A stretch of DNA of 12,858 nt from Candidatus Nanopusillus sp. (lineage in GTDB: Archaea > Nanobdellota > Nanobdellia > Nanobdellales > Nanobdellaceae): positions 1 to 12,858 of the forward strand of contig JBMSAQ010000027.1 in assembly GCA_049414405.1 (NCBI GenBank). The letters are read 5' to 3'. The notes under the pieces are model-generated. The model saw nothing but the letters and a program-made list of their open reading frames with translations, was not told the DNA's origin and made no database searches. A program made the translations under genes and the position numbers. Positions within the stretch are counted from its first letter, which is position 1. Each line of letters opens with the position of its first letter. Below are positions 1-6,635 of the stretch, one piece after another.

Positions 1-1
1 A

Positions 2-760
2 TATATTTTTAATGGATCATTTTCTCCTAGAGCGACTCCAAACGGTATCCAAATGCTAAATAATCAAACTGGACAAGGTACTTATATTTTACCTCCAAAT
101 AATTGGAATATTCCTTTAATACCTTTAATTGTTGAAGAAGCTTGGTATTATGGAGGAGGAGCTCCAAATGCGGATGCAAATGTAATAGCATTATTTGGAA
201 ATACAAGCCAACAATTTAAAGCTGGTTTGATTGGAGATCCATATGGTCATTGTGATAATACGATTACAAATTTAGCAGGAGGATGTGTCGTTACGTATGG
301 TGGTAGTACCCCTGCGCCCAATTTATCTACATATGTACAATTTCAATATTGGCCTGAAGCTAGTCTTCCTTCTTCCCAAGCAGCAATGTTAAAATCTGCA
401 GTAACAAATCAATATTTAAATTATACGTATTTCCCACCAAATGGAGGAACTATTTATTCGTATTTAATAGTTAATTCAACATATGCACAAGCTGGATACT
501 ATTATTATAGTTCTAATCAAGTATGGGTTCCTTTAACATTATTAAATATGTATCATTTATCATATAATCCAAATTATGGAAATTATACATATTATAATTT
601 AAATTATAATCCATTCCAATATCCTACATTACAAATAGGTGCAGGAACTGGTGGTATTGCATCACATCAATATATCCAATGGGTAATTGCTAGAGCATAT
701 CCTCCAAATGGTGTAATGCCTTCAATTTCTACAGGACCTATGAGAACATGGCCACCTTAA
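2..760 (+). CDS. C-terminal part of a Tyr/Asn/Gly/Pro-rich probable secreted or surface glycoprotein. It is 5'-truncated because the frame stays open to the window edge.
   Basis: The tracked ORF is 53..760, but the same frame has no stop codon back to nt 2 (YIFNGSFSPRATPNGIQ precedes the first Met), so the true start lies upstream of the window. The composition differs sharply from the Lys/Glu-rich neighbours: runs such as GYYYYSS and NPNYGNYTYYNLNYNPFQYP, and almost no Lys/Glu. There are six N-x-S/T sequons (NQT, NTS, NLS, NYT, NST, NYT). The C-terminal motif QWVIARAYPPNGVMPSISTG is reminiscent of the ends of LamG/concanavalin-like (DUF2341-type) surface domains. That last point comes from memory, not a search. 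Confidence 0.6.
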   Translation, partial: YIFNGSFSPRATPNGIQMLNNQTGQGTYILPPNNWNIPLIPLIVEEAWYYGGGAPNADANVIALFGNTSQQFKAGLIGDPYGHCDNTITNLAGGCVVTYGGSTPAPNLSTYVQFQYWPEASLPSSQAAMLKSAVTNQYLNYTYFPPNGGTIYSYLIVNSTYAQAGYYYYSSNQVWVPLTLLNMYHLSYNPNYGNYTYYNLNYNPFQYPTLQIGAGTGGIASHQYIQWVIARAYPPNGVMPSISTGPMRTWPP

Positions 761-1479
761 TATTCTCTACAATCTTGATATGGATAAGAGATTATATAAA
801 ATCCTTTTGTAAAATAATCCTTTCTCTTTGCCAATCTTATTCTGATTATTTGCTCTTTAAATATTTTATTTAAATAATTTAAACTGTAATAAATTCCTAA
901 AACTTTATAAAAAGAATATAAATGATATCTATTTGGAACTTCATTTTTATTTTCTGCAAAAGATCCTATAAGAATATTTAAATATTTCTTTTGTGCAAAT
1001 TCTAAAAATTTTTTAATTGCATAAAATTTTTCTATATTATTAATTAAGTTCTTTATTGAAAATAGAATGGATAGATTATTCTCTTTCATTTTTTTAATAC
1101 TCACATAACTTATTCCTCCAAAATAATGTTTTTTATCATATTTAATAGGATCAAATAACCCATTTAAAAAATATTTGCATAAAATTTTATCATTATAGTC
1201 TAAATCTCTTCCAACAACAAATACTAAATCATTATAATATTTATCAGAATAGAATAATTCATTTGCAATTCCTAAAGATTTTTTAAAATCTTCATTGTTT
1301 ACTAATGCACAATAAAATATATTTAATTTTTTATAACATAAGATATTATTTAATTTGAAATATTTTAAATCATTTTTATCAAAAACTTCATAACAAAATA
1401 CAATATTCTTTATTTTATTTTTATAATATTCACCTGCTAATTCTTCTTCATTGTTATCCGGTAAACAGAAATCATACAT
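757..1479 (-). CDS. rnp3: RNase P protein component 3 (Rpp30/Rnp3)-like protein
   Basis: The 240-aa length is typical for archaeal Rpp30. By-eye alignment to remembered Pyrococcus and Methanocaldococcus Rpp30 sequences gives three matches. GISYVSIKKMKENNLSILFSIKNLI aligns with GIDHVLA+L...V A+ F+ + LL. ILIGSFAENKNEVPNRYHLYSFYKVLGI aligns with VVISTDAENKYQIKNPYDLRAFLNTLV and [27 protein letters not shown]. The N-terminal MYDFCLPDNNEEEL...IVFCYEV aligns with IDINRIEKEED...FVFYQY. No profile search was possible. Confidence 0.5.
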   Translation of the reverse strand: MYDFCLPDNNEEELAGEYYKNKIKNIVFCYEVFDKNDLKYFKLNNILCYKKLNIFYCALVNNEDFKKSLGIANELFYSDKYYNDLVFVVGRDLDYNDKILCKYFLNGLFDPIKYDKKHYFGGISYVSIKKMKENNLSILFSIKNLINNIEKFYAIKKFLEFAQKKYLNILIGSFAENKNEVPNRYHLYSFYKVLGIYYSLNYLNKIFKEQIIRIRLAKRKDYFTKGFYIISYPYQDCREY

Positions 1480-1488
1480 AAAAAATAT

Positions 1489-1671
1489 TTATCTCTTAAC
1501 TTTATTTGTGTTTGCAAGTTTTTTATATTCATTCCAAAAATATTCTAGATCTTTACTTATTAACTGTGAGGGGCCTTGGTATTCACAATCTAAACATACC
1601 CAACTATTATCTTTTGCAAATAATGGTACTATATTTGCTGAATGACATCTTGGACATATGTATTTTGCCAT
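1489..1671 (-). CDS. Small zinc-ribbon protein (60 aa) of unknown function
   Basis: It has a C-x2-C-x16-C-x2-C arrangement (CPRC...CLDC) followed by a Lys-rich helical tail. It is on the same strand as the Rpp30-like gene and only 9 nt upstream of it. The two overlapping plus-strand ORFs (1451..1645 and 1506..1700) are low-complexity Leu/Ile/Phe mirror ORFs. Confidence 0.55.
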   Translation of the reverse strand: MAKYICPRCHSANIVPLFAKDNSWVCLDCEYQGPSQLISKDLEYFWNEYKKLANTNKVKR

Positions 1672-1732
1672 ATGACATTATAAAACTTCGGCATATTTAA
1701 ATTATTCTTAAATAATATTGGTAATCAACAAT

Positions 1733-2449
1733 CTAAAATAATATTGATTTATACCTACCTCTAGATTCTACAACTTTTAATCTGTGAAAAACTTCTTCAT
1801 ATTTTTCACTAAACGACTCTTTATATCCTTCTAATACCAAAGAAAATTTATTGAAAATTCTCCAATGATTAGATTCAAATAATTCTTTAAATAAATGTAA
1901 ATCTACAGCATAATCTTCTATTCTATTAGAGAAGAAACTCAATCCAAAATCAATAAAATATATTTTTCCATTATTATATATTATATTTCCAGTGGTTAAA
2001 TCTCCATGGACAATTTTATTTTTATGAATCAATCCAACATATTTCCCTATTTCATATAATATTTCTTCATAATTTAATTTTTCCAAATATTTTGCTAAAT
2101 TATACCCTTCAATATATTCCATTACAATAATTCCACTTTCCTCATTTTTATATAATAATTTAGGAACATTAATATAATTATATAATTTTTCCAATATTTT
2201 TGATTCAATTTTGGTCCTATATTTTCTAAATTCTTTATCAATTAATTCATTTCTATATTTTTTCTTATATCTATACTTTAATATTATTTTATTTTTATTA
2301 TCTTCAATTTTAAATTCTTCAGAATTAATTTCTAATTTATCTAAAAAATCCTTATTAAATTCAAATATATATTTCTCATTTTCTTTTTTATCACTTTCAA
2401 TTAAATATATCTTTGCTTCTGCACCATGTCCAATCAATTTATATTCCAT
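1733..2449 (-). CDS. bud32: KEOPS complex kinase/ATPase Bud32 (Kae1-associated kinase), encoded standalone
   Basis: It carries LIGHGAEAKIY (P-loop-like), catalytic HGDLTTGNII, IDFGLS, AVDLHLF and C-terminal ESRGRY. The sequence is collinear with the Bud32 domain of Methanocaldococcus Kae1-Bud32 as I recall it. Confidence 0.9.
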   Translation of the reverse strand: MEYKLIGHGAEAKIYLIESDKKENEKYIFEFNKDFLDKLEINSEEFKIEDNKNKIILKYRYKKKYRNELIDKEFRKYRTKIESKILEKLYNYINVPKLLYKNEESGIIVMEYIEGYNLAKYLEKLNYEEILYEIGKYVGLIHKNKIVHGDLTTGNIIYNNGKIYFIDFGLSFFSNRIEDYAVDLHLFKELFESNHWRIFNKFSLVLEGYKESFSEKYEEVFHRLKVVESRGRYKSILF

Positions 2450-2450
2450 T

Positions 2451-3197
2451 TTAAATATTTAATTTCTCTTTATATTTTTCAAACCCATTTAAAAATTCTT
2501 TTAATAAATCTAAATCAACATTCCTAATTTCTCTATGTTCTATTTTCTTCATATATTCATAAACTCTCTTATAATAATTGTAAACTTCTGATGAAATTTT
2601 TCTTTTTTTCTTTAATTCTTCAAATTTATGTAATATATCCTCTGGGCTATATATATTTATATTGTTTTTAATTAAATAATATTGAGAAATTGTTACAACT
2701 GAATTATATAAACTTTCAAATGCTTTTATTAACATTAAATTAGCATAATTTATACCTTCTTTAGCCCTTTTTTTCATTATTTCTAAATATTCTGGTGATG
2801 TTTTTATTAATCCATTTTCTAACATCTTTTTAAGGGAACCAAAAATTCCTGCCGGATCTATTATTGGTTCACCCTTTCTTAATATATCTAAAACCAATGG
2901 ATCTCCATTTAGTATCATTTCCCAAAATTTTGATAATGTTAATGTTGTTACATGAATTTTTTTGTATTTTTCATCTGTCAATATTTTATTTAAATTATCA
3001 AAATAAAAAGGAACTGTTATATTTAAGTCTTTTGCGTATACATCATCTATTATGATTAATAAATCAATATCCGATTTTTCATTTTCTTTATTTTCTACGT
3101 AAGATCCAAATAAAATAATCGATTTTACCAATCCATCAACTTTTTCAATTAAATCTTTTGAAAAACTTAATATTATATCATTAAAATTATTATCCAT
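2451..3197 (-). CDS. Nucleotidyltransferase-fold (Pol-beta/MNT superfamily) protein with a helical C-terminal domain, giving a KNTase-like two-domain architecture
   Basis: The N-terminal signature is ILFGSYVENKENEKSDIDLLIIID, matching hG[GS]-x(9-13)-DhDh. The C-terminal ~130 aa are helical and Lys/Glu/Tyr-rich. I could not find an R-x(4-6)-H HEPN catalytic motif. The stop lies 1 nt from the bud32 start, and the start lies 9 nt after the pheS stop. Confidence 0.7.
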   Translation of the reverse strand: MDNNFNDIILSFSKDLIEKVDGLVKSIILFGSYVENKENEKSDIDLLIIIDDVYAKDLNITVPFYFDNLNKILTDEKYKKIHVTTLTLSKFWEMILNGDPLVLDILRKGEPIIDPAGIFGSLKKMLENGLIKTSPEYLEIMKKRAKEGINYANLMLIKAFESLYNSVVTISQYYLIKNNINIYSPEDILHKFEELKKKRKISSEVYNYYKRVYEYMKKIEHREIRNVDLDLLKEFLNGFEKYKEKLNI

Positions 3198-3206
3198 AAA
3201 AAATAT

Positions 3207-4607
3207 TTATTCTTGTAATTTTTTAATATTTCTAGTATGTAATTCTCTTATATCATTAATGTTTAGGTATATTGTTGCAAGTCTATCAACACCAAGACCC
3301 CATGCTAATACAGGATGATCTATATTAAATTGCTTTAATAATTCTTCTCTAAACATACCCGCACCCCCTACTTCGATCCATCCCAATTTCGGATGTTCAG
3401 CATATACTTCAACTGAAGGTTCTGTAAATGGAAAATATGCTGGATAGAATTTTATATTTTTTGCTTTTACAACATTTACTACTAATTCTTTTAATATTCC
3501 CAATAAATCTAAAAATGTTAAGTTATCATCTAAAATAATTCCTTCAAGTTGATTGAATTCAATAAAATGTTTTGCATCAATTGTATCATATCTAAATACC
3601 TTTTCTATTAAAAAATATTTGCCAGGTTTTTCTGCATTTAATAATGTTCTTGCAGATATAGCAGTGTCATGAGATATTAACATAGTTCTTTTTGAAATAT
3701 TTTCATCAAATATTTTAAAGTATTTTAATTGAGTATTTTTAACATTTTCAAATAAATCTCTTGGAAAATCTTCAATATATTGTATATTTTTAATATAAAA
3801 TGCATCCATTATTGAAATATCTCCCGCAGGATGATCCTGTGGTATAAATAAACAATCTAAATTCCAAAAATGTGATATTATCATATTATATCTATCCATT
3901 TCCTTAAATCCCATTGATATTAATTCTTCTCTTATTTTATCTAAAAATTCTAAATATGGGTTATATCTTCCAATACTTTCTTCTTCAATATTAATTCTTA
4001 CATCATATGGTCTGAATTTTTTATTTTTATATATCCTTTTATCGATAACTTCTTTTGTATATTTTTCAATATATTCTTCTAGTTTATAACTTTTTAATAT
4101 TTCTTTTCCTCTTTCATTTATTTTTGCATAATAAATTATTTCTTCTTTTTCTTCAATAATTCTCCTTCTTCCTTTAAATAATTTTACAGTATTTTCATCA
4201 ATATTTTCTAAATATCTTTCATATGTTTCTATATCTTTAATATATATTACTTTTCCATTTTCAATTTTTATTGCCCTGTTTTTTCTCAAGAATCCTAAAG
4301 AAAAGGATAGCTCATCTTTATCAAAATATTTATTTAATTCTTCTATATTTATTTCTTTTCTTTCTTTTAATAAATTTAATAATCTTCGTTCAGGCAATCC
4401 TTCCTTTAGATATTTTTTTCCAAGTTCTGATAGTTCATATCTTTTTATCTTTTCTTCTTTTAATTCTATTAATCCTTTTTCTCTTAAAAATCCCAAAGTT
4501 CTCAATATTTTATATTTATCAATATTTAATTCGTTTGAAATTTCATCTAAACTTTTCCAATTATCATTTAATATGGATAATACTTTATATTCTATTTCAG
4601 ATATCAT
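3207..4607 (-). CDS. pheS: Phenylalanyl-tRNA synthetase alpha subunit, archaeal/eukaryal type
   Basis: Class II core motifs are present: FWNLDCLFIPQDHPAGD, VFRYD, FNQLEG, FPFTEPS, GAGMFREELL and LAWGLGVDRLA. The N-terminal repeats are winged-helix-like (KVLSILN..., RLLNLLKE...). The 466-aa length is typical for the archaeal alpha subunit. Confidence 0.95.
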   Translation of the reverse strand: MISEIEYKVLSILNDNWKSLDEISNELNIDKYKILRTLGFLREKGLIELKEEKIKRYELSELGKKYLKEGLPERRLLNLLKERKEINIEELNKYFDKDELSFSLGFLRKNRAIKIENGKVIYIKDIETYERYLENIDENTVKLFKGRRRIIEEKEEIIYYAKINERGKEILKSYKLEEYIEKYTKEVIDKRIYKNKKFRPYDVRINIEEESIGRYNPYLEFLDKIREELISMGFKEMDRYNMIISHFWNLDCLFIPQDHPAGDISIMDAFYIKNIQYIEDFPRDLFENVKNTQLKYFKIFDENISKRTMLISHDTAISARTLLNAEKPGKYFLIEKVFRYDTIDAKHFIEFNQLEGIILDDNLTFLDLLGILKELVVNVVKAKNIKFYPAYFPFTEPSVEVYAEHPKLGWIEVGGAGMFREELLKQFNIDHPVLAWGLGVDRLATIYLNINDIRELHTRNIKKLQE

Positions 4608-6255
4608 ATTTAATGTATTTTATCAATTCTTTTATACTTATTTCAAAACCCGTTAATGGATATTTTATACCCAGTTTTTCTAATATATTTGGATTGATTT
4701 CTCCAACCCATCCAATATTTTCGTTATTTACAAATATATCTCCTTGTCTTCCATCTATTAAAAATTTATGATTTGAATTTCGTATATCAAAATCAATTCT
4801 TAATTCTTTAAATAATCTTTTTAATACCTTTAATGAATTATTTACAGAAACTTCATAATTAGAATAAATATATAATAAATCCAAATCTTCAATAATTTTA
4901 TTATTTTTAATATATGAAACTCTATTTAATTCAAATATCTTTGCAGGAAACTTTAATTCATTATTTTCAGATAATAGCTGTAGAAAAGATGTTAATAGAT
5001 ATACTCTAATTGAATTATAAGATGATGATGCTGGATTTATTAGTTCAATAATCTCTCTATCATCATTTAATAAACTATTTATATCTTTATTAGATAATAT
5101 TGGGGTATATATTTCTGTACATCCCATACTAACCATTATTTTTCTTATATTGTTCATTATTTTTCTTTCCTTACTTAATCCTCCTTTTGTATATATTTTA
5201 ATTTCTCTTGGTTTTAAGTTATTATATCCATAAGAAATTAAGATTTCTTCAATTATATCGTATTCAGATAATATATCGTCTCTATAATTTAAATATTCAA
5301 CAATTAATTTATTATTTTCAATTTTTGCATTCATCCTTTTTCTATTTAAATGTTTAATAATTTCGTCATAATCTAATTCTATTCCCAAACATTTTTTAAT
5401 TTTATTTAAATCCATTTCCTTTTTAACAACTTTTAATTCTGGTGTTTTAATTTTCTTATCTGGGTATATTACATTGATTGAATATATTTCCCCCCCCAAA
5501 TCCTTTAATGTTAATACAATTACATTTAGTGCTAATAATATTTTTTCTAAATCTGTACCAGAAACATCTATAAAAATATTTTTTGTATTAACATCCAGTT
5601 TTCCAATTTTATTAGAATTTATTATTGGGGGAAATGAGATAATATTATTATCAGAATCAATCAATATTGGGTATCTATTATATTTATTTAAGATATATGA
5701 ATATTTTTTACCAGCTTCTGTATTTTTTAATATTTCTTTTAATGATAATTCTTTGTCAAATCCTAAAGGAATAAATCTTGTTTCAGGATCTGTTAATTTA
5801 TAATAAACAGGAAATTTAATTAGATCAAAATTATGCGTCCCAATTGCAACTTTTTGTCTATTTCTACCAAATGATTGTGATATTTTTTCTTGTAATTGTA
5901 TTAAATCCTTTAATCTATCTTCGTTTAATTTTACATTTTTAATAATTGCTCCAACTATATACGGTCTTACATTTAATATTTCTTTATCAACAATTAAATC
6001 ATAATTTGAATCTTTCACTTCAAATTTTGGAATACCAATTTCAATATTTAATATTCCTTTTAATTCTTTTGCAATTCCAGTTAAACTATATAGATCAATT
6101 CTGTTAAAATCTTTTACTTCAATTTTTGCATTATTTCCATCAACTTCATCTAATTCGCATTTTATATTTAATAAATATTCATTTAATTCTTCTGCCGATA
6201 AACTTTTATTTAATAATTTATATAACTCATTTAAAGATACATCTAAAACAACCAT
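4597..6255 (-). CDS. pheT: Phenylalanyl-tRNA synthetase beta subunit, archaeal type
   Basis: It is 552 aa with a typical archaeal beta N-terminus (MVVLDVSLNELYKLL). B3/4-like and B5-like regions are present (PYIVGAIIKNV, AIGTHNFD, PILIDSDNNIISFPPIINS). The gene overlaps the pheS start by 11 nt (ATGATATCTGA). Confidence 0.9.
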   Translation of the reverse strand: MVVLDVSLNELYKLLNKSLSAEELNEYLLNIKCELDEVDGNNAKIEVKDFNRIDLYSLTGIAKELKGILNIEIGIPKFEVKDSNYDLIVDKEILNVRPYIVGAIIKNVKLNEDRLKDLIQLQEKISQSFGRNRQKVAIGTHNFDLIKFPVYYKLTDPETRFIPLGFDKELSLKEILKNTEAGKKYSYILNKYNRYPILIDSDNNIISFPPIINSNKIGKLDVNTKNIFIDVSGTDLEKILLALNVIVLTLKDLGGEIYSINVIYPDKKIKTPELKVVKKEMDLNKIKKCLGIELDYDEIIKHLNRKRMNAKIENNKLIVEYLNYRDDILSEYDIIEEILISYGYNNLKPREIKIYTKGGLSKERKIMNNIRKIMVSMGCTEIYTPILSNKDINSLLNDDREIIELINPASSSYNSIRVYLLTSFLQLLSENNELKFPAKIFELNRVSYIKNNKIIEDLDLLYIYSNYEVSVNNSLKVLKRLFKELRIDFDIRNSNHKFLIDGRQGDIFVNNENIGWVGEINPNILEKLGIKYPLTGFEISIKELIKYIKYDI

Positions 6256-6515
6256 TACATTTCAATGCCCAATTTCTTTAAGATTTCTTGTTCTTTATTT
6301 TTATTCTTTATATCTTGCTTAGAAATTCCCCTATATCTTGCACATGCAGGACAAATATATATTTTTATTGGACTTGACAAAATCAACGTGGGGCTATATT
6401 CTCCAGAAACATCTGGCTTAAGTTTTGGTGATATCGTTAGTTTAATTGCCTTATCCAATCTCGCCATTCTTCCACAATAATAACAATGTACATATTTGTA
6501 TTTCTTACTTTTCAT
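6255..6515 (-). CDS. rps26e: 30S ribosomal protein eS26
   Basis: VHCYYCGRMARLDKAIK and IKIYICPACARYRGI align with the eS26 zinc-ribbon signature (C-x2-CGR-x-VPKDKAIK ... YC-x-SCA-x-H). The N- and C-termini are basic. The stop overlaps the pheT start as TAATG. Confidence 0.7.
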   Translation of the reverse strand: MKSKKYKYVHCYYCGRMARLDKAIKLTISPKLKPDVSGEYSPTLILSSPIKIYICPACARYRGISKQDIKNKNKEQEILKKLGIEM

Positions 6516-6635
6516 TGTTTTATATTATTTGATATTATCATATTAGCCATAAACGTATATTATTAGGATAAAATTTTTAATCTTAAATATTTAAAAGAGT
6601 AAAACTTTATTAATTTATAATGGCATATCGGTCAA
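6516..6635. promoter_or_regulatory. Divergent intergenic region between rps26e (-) and serS (+), presumed to hold both promoters
   Basis: This is the only spacer over 100 nt between annotated genes in the window. TTTATTAATTTATAA (6606..6620) ends 16 nt before the serS ATG. A TAATATGATAATAT-type element lies about 20-35 nt upstream of the rps26e ATG on the other strand. TATA-like strings are frequent by chance in DNA this AT-rich. Confidence 0.3.

Noticed and set aside
2-760. The higher G+C of the first gene as evidence for a horizontally acquired island.
   Set aside because: Third codon positions remain overwhelmingly A/T (for example gga gga gct cca aat gcg gat gca aat gta ata gca tta ttt gga). 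The G+C rise is therefore explained by Gly/Ala/Pro-rich amino-acid content, not by foreign codon usage.
1489-1671. The zinc-ribbon protein as RNase P subunit Rpp21.
   Set aside because: Rpp21 is about 100-120 aa with N-terminal helices and a C-terminal ribbon. This protein is 60 aa with the opposite domain order.
1451-1700. Two plus-strand 64-aa ORFs (1451..1645 and 1506..1700) that overlap the zinc-ribbon gene.
   Set aside because: They are hydrophobic and low-complexity with no motifs. The minus-strand ORF has a clean four-Cys zinc ribbon and fits the tight same-strand spacing of its neighbours.
2451-3197. The NTase-fold protein as a CCA-adding enzyme or a split half of one, considered because the tRNA lacks an encoded CCA.
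   Set aside because: At 248 aa it is far shorter than the ~400-450 aa class I archaeal CCA-adding enzymes. Beyond the generic GS...DxD head motif, the sequence does not follow the CCA-enzyme neck and body regions as I recall them.
4271-4771. Antisense ORFs in the supplied track: 4271..4771 (+), 5474..5803 (+), 2211..2462 (+), 2864..3055 (+), 6265..6480 (+), 7450..7662 (-), 11461..11646 (-), 11974..12159 (-) and 12169..12423 (-).
   Set aside because: Each lies entirely opposite a CDS with strong family motifs. Each translates to low-complexity Leu/Ile/Phe/Ser-rich strings, which is the expected mirror of Lys/Glu/Asn-rich coding DNA in an AT-rich genome. None has a motif or independent spacing support.
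5490-5497. A C8 homopolymer (G8 on the coding strand) inside pheT as a slippage or phase-variation site.
   Set aside because: It cleanly encodes Leu-Gly-Gly-Glu in frame within an essential gene. There is no evidence of a frameshift, so phase variation of PheRS is implausible. It is only worth remembering as a potential sequencing-error hotspot.
6620-6622. An upstream ATG as an alternative serS start.
   Set aside because: It is out of frame with the serS ORF, 16 nt upstream of the 6636 ATG.
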